A DNA stretch of 63,985 nucleotides, counting the filler, from Perkinsus olseni (taxonomy: Eukaryota), in NCBI GenBank assembly GCA_013115125.1. It is 4 parts of 4 records of this genome, joined end to end, with 100 filler letters (N's around TTAATTAATTAA, not from the genome) between each part and the next. Parts side by side here need not be neighbours in the genome. Positions count along the whole stretch, not along the records: positions 16,601 to 33,077 come from JABANN010000677.1; positions 33,178 to 49,654 come from JABANN010000678.1; 2 more parts are not named here. One strand, written 5' to 3'. A model generated the notes under the pieces. That model searched no databases. It saw only the letters and a program-made list of their open reading frames with translations, and had not been told where the DNA came from. Positions within the stretch are counted from its first letter, which is position 1. The number at the start of each line of letters is the position of its first letter. This document shows, piece by piece, positions 26,701-37,720 of the stretch. Made by a program: the position numbers and the translations under genes.

Positions 26701-29681
26701 AGCTATGGCTAGTAGGTTCCTATAGGTGTATTCATTTATACGTATGGTTCTTTCCTCTATCATAAACCTTCCGTTGTGGGTCAAGCAGTAACACAGCTGA
26801 CAGTAACTTTCAAAGGGATGCACTGAAGTTGTCGCATTATAGCAGCCAGCCGGTTTCTCGGAATACGACTGCGAATGATGTTATCCAGCCTGGAGCGATA
26901 CGAGAAGTAGATACCCCATATTAGGAGTATACGGCAAGAGCCTGCTCAGGTTAGGACGTTGTTCCAAGCGGTCATCCAACTGTGGGAAAAGCTCACCCAA
27001 ACGAAAAAACAGATCACCGGAATGACAGGAGAACTCGGTGATCTATGGGCGAGGAAAGAGGAGCTCGACCAGCTATGGGAGAGATGTGAAAAACTCGCCC
27101 GAAACTTCATGCGATAAGGATTGTTCTACGCGCAAGCCGGTTGCATTCTACGACTATGGTCCATAGTCTATGAATATGTCTGAGAAACAGAGGGTAAAAT
27201 TTACAGCCGGTAGACTACCGGCGGTAGTCCGACTGACTCGTTATTGTCCTTCGAATCGAAGGCTTCGATTTTGATGTATGGAATAAGAAGATACGGTATG
27301 CGGTTTTCGGCGCGTCCGTTGGTTGGATCTTCTCGAGAAGAATCACGGTTGAATCGTGACGGTTTTCAAAACAGCCCGATGGAACATGCTTGACTGGGTA
27401 GAACTCAGCTTCTCAACTTCTGATCTTCAGACCAGATGTCTGATGGTTTTCCGATATCCCTCAATATCCATATCCTTTCGTCTCTCACCTGTGTTCGAGA
27501 AGCGATCCTTATTCTCCCCTACATCATCTCAACGCTTATCATTGCTTAACTCCTCTAACCAAGTCCCGACCTTGCGTTCTATCACAGTGGCTACATCAAG
27601 AGAAGTTCTGGGCCGGGAATATCGTCTCTTGTGACCCCAACGAGCCACCCTTCTATTGAATAGGTCATAAATACTATCCGTTACGGACTCCTTGCACTTT
27701 TACAGTAGAACAGGGTAGCTACGAGCTAGTGGTCGGAATCCGATCGGTACTACTGATCATCCGACCGTCGGATGGCATTCCATCTTCCATTGTGATCACT
27801 ATTGCGGTGTGGTTGGGTGAGAGGTGAATTTCAGTGAATTCGCAGAAGCCTTGATGAGCGCCTAAAATGTTTCCCTCAGTTCGAGAGCTGCGAACTTGAG
27901 CAGTCCGAGAGTTCTAAGGGGCTGAAACAGGACAAAGTTTTCATGTCATTTGATGTAGAATTGCCGAGGCGCGATTCTCCCTCGAAAAACTGGGACATTT
28001 TTGATGAGGTAACGACATGAGGCCACGCAACTGTCACTATGCCACGTGGCGCGCGGCGCGAGAACGGCGATGGAACTATAACATCTAAACAGTAACACAG
28101 TTTGTAAAGAAGAGAATGCAACATGCATTTTGGAATGAATTTCTACATGTCGCATTTTCTCCCTCACAGACTATAATTGTGGCCCAATTCCAGGCGCTAC
28201 AGACCAGTGGACGGCACCCTCTACTCACAAATCTCGCGATGTGTTTCGGGTGATACAGACGGGAGTTCACAGACTTCACTACTATCTCCGGCACTGGCGC
28301 CTCCAAAGGAATGAACTCACCCCATTTCTGAGGAAAGAGAAACCATCACAGCGGCAACGACCAGGTGAACACGACTCGGAAACAGCTCGAGGTATCGCAG
28401 ACGACGCCTTCTACGGAGGCCTCACCACGTCCCTTAGCAGGAAGTTGAGGTGCTTCTCCCAAGAACATTGTTGCTTCGGTCGCATACGCACTCGTACGCC
28501 GTCTGCTACTCTTGAGCTGAGAACCGAGCTCCAGATGTACCGGTCAGGACAAGATATTGATCCCGGCACCTGGGCATCAGAGGGCATCTTGAGTTGTGGA
28601 GCATGGAGGGACTCACTTGACTGGTGACGGTGCACTCAACACCGCCTCTCACAATCGATAGAGATGGTGGTGGCGGGGGCTCGGCGAACGCTGGGTGCTC
28701 CGGTGGTACCGTGATGGTTGCAAATATTACCTGCACGAAGAAAGAGTTTCTGCCTCTCGTAGGGAACTTCACAAAGTGAGAAGGAACGGTTCCTTAGGAA
28801 CCTGACGGCAACATTTTACCTCGAGCTCTCGTAAGAGACTTCGCTCCAGCCCAGCGGCGGTACTGACGACGAAGTTCCGCACGGGAAGGTAGGGATTCAC
28901 ACCCGTCGGCAGCCGGCCTACCATTTTACAGAAGACAAGCTACTCGAGTCTAGCAATGGGAGGTCACACAATCTACTTGTCCCCTAGTACTAGTAGTGTT
29001 TGTTTCTACTGTACTCCTGAAGATCAGGATTCTGTCACCATTACTCATGCCGGGGTTTGGTGCCAACAGTCCCACCAGGCTGCCATCCACCTCTACCCCC
29101 AATATCCAAACCTACCAGTGTGCGACTGATGCAACGCAAGGCTGATGGAGGAAGGAGCTGCTATTAGTGTAGTTGCCCTTATGCGGTTGATCAGAACGGT
29201 TAAGAGGAGGTATGGTAATAATGACATATTATCCACTACTTTACGTATCGATGGCGGCCACAACTAAGCGACCAGCACTCTTCGGCAGGTGGATGCAAAA
29301 GCATCTCTCAAGTTTTGGCATCCGGTGGCCAATCATAGATCTCTTTCTTCCAACGAGGGCTCAGCTCTGACCACCTGACACCAACCCCAGCGTCTGCCAC
29401 TGGTGACGCTAGCTCCTACCACCGCCCACGCGCTCTACCTCTCCGAGCCTTTCTAGACTAGACTTAGAAATTCGAGTGGGAGAGAACGCGCAAATCAACA
29501 AGTGAGTCAAGCAAGGTGAGTTCTACGAAATCATAGGTTATCATGAGTCAGGCGAGACGTGCACAAGTATGGCCTTGAATCGCACCGTCACAAGTCGGAA
29601 CTACCGGTCCGTTGGTCTCCTGTTGTAAACACGTGACTAGGAACATACTCGAAGGAGCTAGGCTGTAGATCTCCACCGTAA

Positions 29682-31118
29682 TTACCAGTTGGCGACAGCG
29701 GCAGCATACTCCGGCGCTGCAGTAGCGAGGGCAAGGGCGTACTCCATCGTGTCGATCTTTTCCTCCGACTCGCCTTCGGCTTCAGCTTTGCTTCCTTCAG
29801 GCTTCGTCTTCTCTACCCCGTCACCCTAACAGCCACCACTTCACCCAAGAGCCAAGCCTCACACAACGGGGCTCGCCTCTGCCTCTCCCGTCGAAGAGGA
29901 ATGCACTTCACCCGACACCGCTCGATCGTGCTCGACTCCTGAAAATAACACTCGCAATAAACGACTGCTCGACCCGGCACTACCCGCGGCCCTTCGGTGT
30001 TGATTCATAGCGTCTACCATCCACAGGAGATGCCACTGCTGTTGAAGCATACTGCGCATTCTCTTCGCTTCTTCAGTCTCCTCTTTGCAAGCGGAGCTGA
30101 AAGGAAACTCAATTACTAACGAGCGCGCTTCCAAGAGGGTCGAAAAGAAGGGACCAATGCGCCCCCTTTTCACCTTCGCCTGGGTGTCCACACGCCCTGT
30201 CCGGATTCTATCGAAGAGCTCGAGCTGCTCGCTTGCTTAGTTGAGTCCCTCGTTTCTGAATAGCTCAGGAATAGCATAACCGCCACGGAATCCTCCTAGG
30301 ACCTTTGGTGGCATCGGCTTCCTTCATCATCGAGGCTTCATTCCTATAAAAAAGTGGCTGATCAGGTTGGGATCAGCATCACGCTGAGATAACCCTACCC
30401 TGACTCTCGCAGCTTCGACCCTCTCTTCCTCAGAGTCTCCCATGCTTCCTGAACGCAGCGAGACATTCCCTACGATGGTCGAAGTCGAGTTTCGGCACTC
30501 CTCATCGATGGTCGAAGATAATTTCTGGATGCCATATGCCCAGGCATTGGATATATCCTCTCATGATCCTCCTGGCTGCTGCCCCAAGGAGAGGCAGCAT
30601 TACAGTCGGAAAGTGAACACGAGGGCGTCCTTCACTACTCTCTCGAGCCGTTCGCTCTCCCTCCTGCCCCTCAACGACGCTAGCGCCCTGGCGCAGTTGG
30701 CGGCTATCTCTTCCGCAGTAAGATCGTGGTCCTCAGCCTCTCCAACAGGCCTGAATCCGACTCTCAAGAGTTACGAATGGTGTGGTATTACTCTGCATTC
30801 TTCACTGGAGCTCTAGCTTCTTCGACTCCATCCTTGCTGACCTAACGCCGCACTGCCATTCGAGCAAGGGCAGGTACTCACCTCCTTCAGATCTACCCTT
30901 CTGGCGCCGACTAAGGACATTCAATAGGAGTATCCTAAACTCGACTCATAATCGCCACGAAGCCCTAGTGCCTCCAATCGCCGTGAGTCATTGAGACTAT
31001 GCTTGACACAACACTGAGCACTTGACTGAAAAGACCGTTCACACCTCTGCCTCGTGGGCTGTGGACGATGCGCGGCGGCTGTCGACTTGATAAGGACGCT
31101 AATACATTGGAATGACAA
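29682..31118 (-). CDS. Hypothetical multi-exon helical protein
   Basis: Co-oriented spliced segments (EEIAANCARALASL, EETEEAKRMRSMLQQQW, EEKIDTMEYALALATAAPEYAAAVANW*). Frame continuity not fully resolved. Confidence 0.4.
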
Positions 31119-31200
31119 GACTTAAACCACTACGCCGCTTAAAGCAGCCGCTGGAAAAATGTTCGACTAAGGGACTTAATAAAAAGTGAGCAGCCGCTTA

Positions 31201-32636
31201 TCAAGGCTTCTCCCCGTTGCGCATGCGGGTGTTGATATCCTCCACGACCACTGGCAAGTCCTTGATGCTATCGATCACATAGTGGGCCCCTGCAGGAGAA
31301 AGACGCCATCCCGAGCGTGTCTTCCAAGGAGCCCTCACCTGAAGTGTTGAGCTTGTCCCGAGACATCTGAACACGCTCCTCCCTCTCAGTCTTCGCCATG
31401 CTCTCCCACTGCTCCAAGCTGTCTATGTCGGTATAGTTGCTGAGACCAGCGACACCTACAGGAGGAGCAACCTCAGATGATCCCTAGGCGCGTCAGCAGG
31501 ACGGCCTACCCACGCTCCAACAGCCCGCGGACAGGCCCTCCCCGACTCCGCTCACGGTGTCATCGACCTTCACAACCTAGAAGGGAGCTCGGAAGAGGAC
31601 GAAATGACTGCACTGCTCACCGATTCTATCGGGTAGACGCCCAAATTGCAGAGGTTTTGATAAAGCATGAACGGCGCCGGTCTGAAACCCATGTTGTTGG
31701 GGACCTGAGCGAACTACCCTTGCCCGGACTGAAAGAAGCGGTGCTGGCTACCTCGTCACCAGCCACGCTAGAGTCGGGAGAGTATCCCTGCTCCTTGGCC
31801 TTCTCGAGGAGGATGTCGACCATAACTTTCGTGAAGCCTGTGGTAGAGCCTATCTTGAGATTGTACCTGATGATACCACTGTAGAGAAGCTTAGCGATAC
31901 CCCCGTTCGAGGAAGTAATCCTGTAACTCAGAATCGATTCTGAAATTGATTTTTACACGAAAAATGTGGTTCCAGAATCTGAGTTTCAGAGTCGACCCGA
32001 TGTCTAACAGCCCTACTTGGTCTTCAGCAGCTTCACGGTATCAGCAGCACCATCGATGAGGGTTGTGTACTGTGGAAGCACCTTCAACACAGTCCTCACG
32101 ATAGAACAAGCAAGGGCAGGCGTCTCTCGACTACCTCACACTGCATGGGGACGAAGGCCTCGAACATGGCGTCGACGTCCGCTTGGGTCGATGGTCGACC
32201 TTTGATCCTCTGCCAACGTTCTTGCACCGAGGGGATCTCCAAAATCTTCGCGATGTGAAGATCCTTCCGGAGACCTGCCGAGCATGGATATCATTAGCAC
32301 CAGAGGCTCGAGCACTTCCCTGCTCACCCATGGGAAGCCTCGATTCCTTCATGGTGATGTCCAACCCGAACTTGCGGAAAACTTCAACAAAAACAACAGC
32401 GGGAGCCAGCACGTGGGCATCGGCGGTCGTCCCGGACCAGTCCAAAATACAGGCTTTAAGCGGCCCTGAGGACGGCAGCCCTCCCGGTAAGATTTCCACC
32501 CGCTCAGCCAACCCTTGTAAGAATCCCTATTGGGCACGTGCTTCGTGATTCCTGGGCCGAGACTAACCGTCGCCATCGCTCTATCACCGAAGGCCGGCCT
32601 CCCGCGCCGAAGGACCGAAAAGGCGTTGCTCAACAT
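31201..32636 (-). CDS. phnX: Phosphonoacetaldehyde hydrolase (phosphonatase, HAD family), spliced
   Basis: Joined exons give [24 protein letters not shown] (Schiff-base Lys), [36 protein letters not shown] and [20 protein letters not shown]; stop TGA at 31201-31203. Confidence 0.93.
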
Positions 32637-32715
32637 AGCTAGAAAAGAGAAAGACCAGCTGGGCTAAGGTGGTGAGCTCCTTCATTAACGCAAGATGAAG
32701 ATGGGCTAACAACAG

Positions 32716-32952
32716 TCATGCCTTGAGCAGGTAGTTACACAGGTCGTTAACGCTAAGGCCGTCGCCGTCAGAGGCCACGTCAAGGAGTTCCGTGATCTCA
32801 TCCTGTGCAGGTAGGGTTAGGGGAAATGAAAGAGTGGCGGCCTACCTCCGAAAACGAGGGCCGCCCGGAAGAGTCCGCTGGTCGTCGCAGCAAGTACTCA
32901 AGGCAGTCAGTCTGAATGTGACCCTCTGTGTCGACCAGTGGATCAAAAAGAC
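32716..32952 (-). CDS. EF-hand (calmodulin/centrin-like) protein, last two exons
   Basis: Exons 32846-32952 and 32716-32802 translate LFDPLVDTEGHIQTDCLEYLL..FSEDEITELLDVASDGDGLSVNDLCNYLLKA*. Confidence 0.6.
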
Positions 32953-33077
32953 CTGAAGGGTGGTGATGAATGATCACTCATTATGGTCTGCACGCATAAA
33001 CAAGTGTTGCGTCCCAAAAGGACACAAATGATGAAGTCTCGACAATTGTGTAGATTGTCTCCTTTTTCCCCCATTCT

Positions 33078-33177
33078 NNNNNNNNNNNNNNNNNNNNNNN
33101 NNNNNNNNNNNNNNNNNNNNNTTAATTAATTAANNNNNNNNNNNNNNNNNNNNNNNNNNNNNNNNNNNNNNNNNNNN
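33078..33177. other. Assembly gap with linker
   Basis: N-run / TTAATTAATTAA / N-run. Confidence 0.97.
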
Positions 33178-33307
33178 ACTTTACCGAACCAGGCACACGC
33201 CGACAGAAAAGCAACATTCGAATCGAACTTCACAGGTAAGGGCCTAGGTTGAAGATTGTTTACTAGGCATTGAGTACTACTGCTTATCACTGTACTTCGT
33301 GGCTGGC

Positions 33308-33811
33308 CTAGAACGTGCAAGTGTGGCACTGCAAGCCCTTAAGTACTGGATATACTCGACTTCCTTCAGACGGACTGGCGCTTCCGCCCAGGAAGTCCCA
33401 CCATACTCCGGAAACGTAGCCGCATAAGCTCTCTCCAATGTAGCTTCGGCCTGCTTGCGGGTCTCGAATGGCTGACGACACGCGTCCCCAGCTTATTCTA
33501 GCGAAACGCTGGCCAAATTCAGTAAGGCCATCGAGTATAATGGTCATTATGCGATAGAAGGAGGGGCGCCTTATACAAGATAATGCGTTCAAAGAATGAT
33601 GATAGGCCTCACAGAGGTTACTGGTCCGTTCATGGGAGTTGGCGTGACACCACAAGTGAGGGTCAAAAAGGGGTACTTTTGAGACCGACCCAACATAAGT
33701 TCGCTCAATGCAGCGGACGAAGTTACTGAAGTTGGATTTAGTGGGTTCAGGAAGAATGGCAGTAATGGTGGTGCAGAGCGCGGACAGCCTCGAGGCCCCA
33801 CAGCAAGTCAA
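33308..33811 (-). pseudogene. MULE transposase C-terminal fragment
   Basis: FVRCIERTYVG..PLFDPHLW..RTSNLCEAYHHSLN..RPSF matches the W..RTNNxxExxHxxLN region of MULE transposases; the N-terminal DD part is absent. Confidence 0.7.
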
Positions 33812-33933
33812 TGGCCACTGTGGCCAGGGGGAAAAGGGGCAGTGAGATTTCGTTGAAAAATGAATATTATGGCGCGTGACAGCAACGGACCACGGGAGCT
33901 ATGGGCTCAAAACTAGCGCAGATATTTGTTGGG

Positions 33934-34005
33934 GTGCTAGTGGTCTAGCGGTTAACACGTTGGATTGACGCGCACGCGATCCGGGTTCGATCCCCGTATG
34001 GGCGA
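33934..34005 (+). ncRNA. tRNA-derived sequence / tRNA pseudogene (Val-GAC-like) retaining Pol III A and B boxes
   Basis: A box TGGTCTAGCGG (33941-33951) and B box GGTTCGATCCC (33984-33994) at tRNA spacing; the acceptor and anticodon stems do not pair. Confidence 0.65.
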
Positions 34006-34036
34006 ACGGAGCTGCACATGGAGAGAGCGCCCGCGG

Positions 34037-34087
34037 CCATATGAGCTTGATTTTCGCGAACGGTTCGCGAAAATCAAGCTCATATGG
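34037..34087. repeat. Perfect 25-bp inverted repeat with 1-nt centre
   Basis: CCATATGAGCTTGATTTTCGCGAAC-G-GTTCGCGAAAATCAAGCTCATATGG. Confidence 0.97.
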
Positions 34088-34096
34088 TCGGGCAGG

Positions 34097-34291
34097 TGAG
34101 TGTCCGAGTTGGTACTGTCCGAGTGAGCGTTTTCGTGGTGTCTCAATCGGTAATGTCCCAGTTGGTACTGAGTTGAGTGGTGCCCGACTTGGTACCACCT
34201 TGACACGAGTGTCCGACTTGCCCCTGTCCCAGTTGGGAAGTGTACGAATTGACCACTGCCCGAATTGGCACTGCCCCAGTTGGACTACACC
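34097..34291. repeat. Array of degenerate GTCC(C/G)AGTTGG motifs; probable foldback-type transposon terminus
   Basis: About 8-9 copies (GTCCGAGTTGG, GTCCCAGTTGG, GCCCGACTTGG, GCCCGAATTGG, CCCCAGTTGG) ending abruptly at ..GGACTACACC; adjacent to the MULE transposase fragment. Confidence 0.7.
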
Positions 34292-35824
34292 GCTCAGAAA
34301 TACGGAAGAAATACAATGTGAGTGGAGGCAGTCTTGCTTGACCATGCATCGACCGTCCGACTCCACCATCGACGATTAGTGATTCAGCTGACCTGTCTGC
34401 AGGCACTGATGCTTCGACATCAGCGTCCCTCTAACGAGGGTAAACCGGGCAACGGGGAGGAGGATCCCAAGCTCAGCAATGAAGGTGAGACGATGGAGCT
34501 TAGAGGCTCAACTGGCCGCACACGCAAGGATCGGTTCTGCTCCCCGCCATTCTGACAAACGTCTTCACAAGAGACTCTTCCTCTGTCCTCTATTGCTTCC
34601 AAAAGTCCATTCATTTTCAAACAGTGCAACCGCGATGAGAGCTGTTCCAGTCTCGCCGTCAGCATCACATCTCGTGCCATTGCTGAGCCGTCCGCGTAGA
34701 TACAAGTCGTAACACAGTAGGCGTGGCAGCTCAGAGACGGGCACGTCCACACCACCCGTCGAAGTCCGGCCACGGACCATCCACTCGGGGCTGCTGATAA
34801 GCTTTGCAGCAAGCTCATTCATCTTGATAGGCTCCGTAGGTGTCCAACAACTTCACGTGACTAGGGACATGTCGAGTCTTCGCACGGGGAGTATCTAGCA
34901 ATGGGCCCTCTTCCTCAACGACTTCCGCAGCAACATTCCTTTCAAGACTTGGGTTCTCTCAGGCACCGTGATGAATACATCATGATGATTTTTACATGAC
35001 ACAATAAGTTAACGCAGACGACTGCATCGCCTGTGACTTGAGTGTGTAGGTGTTGAATCTGTTCGGCTGGTGTTCAGAGGGCCAATGAGGGTATCCTCGC
35101 TGATGGGCCTCAGCAGGCAGGATTGGCTAGTGTGTTGGCATTGTGATTGATGATAGTCAGCTGTGGCCGTGGGAGGATGACCGACGCTAAGCTTCTCCGT
35201 CTCCACCAGTGTATTTGCGCTTCGATTCGGATGGCATCGGATGGGATTATGCAGTGGAGCCGTGTATTGTTGCGCGGCTTCATCGGACAAGGTAAGAACG
35301 AAGAGGAGCCATCGCCGCCTCCGGAAAAGAAAGAGACTCTGATCAGAATACAAGATACGTGTCATGGACTAATACTGATTATCAATTTATCAAGCCGAGT
35401 GGCGACATCAAGGGGGGGAGCATGAGTTTTTGTGAGAGTGGAAGCAACCAAGCTTGAAGCATTCGCCTCAACCATGCCTTTATAGTCTACGACCACCGCA
35501 ATACATTAAGTACATTGTCTAAGCCCTTCTGACTACACGTATTTTCTACACGGGTGGACCCTGAGCGAGAGGTTATGACAGCTTAGCCGCAAGCGGGTGT
35601 ACTGCCGAAAGGCAAGAAACATCGCATCGGAGCCTCATTAGTAGAGCAAAAACACCATTTTGACATCTAGTTTTCCGAATATCAATTACCACATCTTTTC
35701 TCGTATCGGGAAAACTCGAACGCAGCTCCATGAGCTCATCAAAAATGGACATCATCAACATCTCATCACTATGTATCATCCACATCCTAGAGATCCTCAA
35801 CAGCAGCCACTCAACCTGGGACCC

Positions 35825-37078
35825 TCAACTCCTGAGCGTAAGGCTCCTGATGAGAAACTTTTGTCTTTTGGTAGTCGATCTGGTGCCGGCTGACTGCGGA
35901 GGAGCGGTAGGCCTCGGTGGTCTCTGGCCCGGAGAAAAGTAGATCCTTTTGCTGCTGTGTTCAACCTTGACATCGTACGCTCGAAAAAGCGAGTGCCCGA
36001 AAATGGTGGTTCCAAAGAAGTCGCTTAAGGGGGCGATATTCATTTGACAGCACACCTCCCCGCAAGAATGAACATAATGCTTCGGCTCCATGCTGATGTT
36101 GACCGTGCGAGGTTCATTTCCAATTTGATACTCCAGGGTGGGCAAGTACGGAACTGCCTCCTTTCTGATCATCTGAGCCTCGGCGATCCCATCCGACTCA
36201 GTCCCCTTGCACTCGAGGTTCTTCTTTTTAATTTTCAAATCTGTCTTCGCCTTCTTTAAGCTCTTCCATGTCACATCCATAACGGCATTGAACTCCTCCT
36301 CAAAGATATACGTCACCGCGCTTCCGGAATCCAGGAGGGCGCTCTCGGGCCTGGTACGTTTGTGAGGCCTCCTCAGCTGATTTCCGACGGAGTCGAACAG
36401 TGTGAGGGGGCCCAGTCGAGCTGCCATCTGCAGTCCGTCGACAAATACGTCCTCGCTGAAGCCAACGTACGACGAATCCGTCATCTCTGAATCGTCACCA
36501 AGCGTCAGAGTACCGGAGATTTCAGGGCCTTGCTCGCTTGCATGCAGTGAGTACGAAAGGGTGGAGACAACCTGTCGTCTTTTAAGCTGTTCTAAGAACG
36601 TTTCTGGGATATCACGACGACCGAAAGAGAGGCCTAGCAAGGGCATGGGAGCTCTCACATAAGGAGTAGGGAAGTGTACGACCAACCCGATGGTGAAGTT
36701 TGGAACTCTGCGCATCCAGACGTCCGTGCTGGACCCGATGTCCAGCGTCACATTGTGCTCCACATAGTGATAAACGCCGTCCTCGAACTCCGCCGTCCAC
36801 TTCTTCCGTTCGAAAATGTCCTTGCAGGGGTTCTCCTTAGGACAGAAGTAGCACTTATAATAGCTCGTCTCACAGCTATCGCTGCCGTAGACTCGCTCGT
36901 ACTGGGGACCGTAGAATGCGAAACTCCTGCCGGTACCAGAAGTGACTTCGAAGGGCAGGGCCTGGCCGTCGAGGACCAAAGTCACGTTGCCTTCTTGAAG
37001 AGGAAGGCTCAGAGGCTCTGCTTTGGCGAGAGCGATAAGTACTATCACCGTCGCTATCGAGGGGAAGATGCGCGTCAT
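35825..37078 (-). CDS. Secreted A1 (pepsin-like) aspartic protease homolog lacking the first catalytic Asp
   Basis: Signal peptide MTRIFPSIATVIVLIALAKA; VTSGTG at the DTGS position, LLGLSF, GTLTLG, LLDSGS, IFGHSLFRAYDV..KRIYF; intronless. Confidence 0.8.
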   Translation of the reverse strand: MTRIFPSIATVIVLIALAKAEPLSLPLQEGNVTLVLDGQALPFEVTSGTGRSFAFYGPQYERVYGSDSCETSYYKCYFCPKENPCKDIFERKKWTAEFEDGVYHYVEHNVTLDIGSSTDVWMRRVPNFTIGLVVHFPTPYVRAPMPLLGLSFGRRDIPETFLEQLKRRQVVSTLSYSLHASEQGPEISGTLTLGDDSEMTDSSYVGFSEDVFVDGLQMAARLGPLTLFDSVGNQLRRPHKRTRPESALLDSGSAVTYIFEEEFNAVMDVTWKSLKKAKTDLKIKKKNLECKGTESDGIAEAQMIRKEAVPYLPTLEYQIGNEPRTVNISMEPKHYVHSCGEVCCQMNIAPLSDFFGTTIFGHSLFRAYDVKVEHSSKRIYFSPGQRPPRPTAPPQSAGTRSTTKRQKFLIRSLTLRS

Positions 37079-37720
37079 TGGCCGACTGATGGGGAGTTGA
37101 ACTGCGACTGACAGATTACGAAAATAGGCACCTGGGTGTTTGGGGGACAAAGGAGCCGCGATGCTTCGACGGTTGATGGCGCGAGATGGAGATCGGCCGC
37201 TTTACAGTAGCCTTCTGCGGGTCACAACTTAGATTTCCACCACTTAAATAGCTGGGCTATTCATCAAGCACCGTGCAACGCCCATGGAAAAGTTGCGGCG
37301 CTCGAGAAGAGCGATCGACTTCCTGTCTCCACAGTCTCCTGTGCGCGCGCCAAGCCGCGGGCACTGGAGGGAGGGCCGGAAATGCTGCTGAGCTGTGCAG
37401 GTTGAGGCACCCAACCTGCCACTCAACTTTGAAAACGTACGATGTATTCTCGTTCCTGAAGGACCTTACAAGCTCAGTAAATCCAAGGTTGGCTAGCTTC
37501 AAAAGTTAGGTTGGCCTCGCTGTCACCGGACGAGGGAGTTCAACACCTTCACGTAAGATCCATGGCCGCCCAAGTTTCCTCGATGACTACTTCCTCCGGG
37601 AACCTCACGTCATCGGACCTATCCTCACAATATCGCAGACAACAAATGCTCAGCACTGCTGGCAGTGAGCTTCTCCGCTTCTCAGTATCGGCCACTTTTC
37701 AGTCTACTTTTTTCGAAGTG

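Noticed and set aside
31201-32636. Bacterial contaminant or phn operon
   Set aside because: The gene is split by multiple spliceosomal introns, is flanked by spliced eukaryotic genes, and has no phnW or transporter neighbours.
33934-34005. Functional tRNA-Val(GAC)
   Set aside because: The acceptor and anticodon stems cannot pair; kept only as a tRNA-derived sequence.
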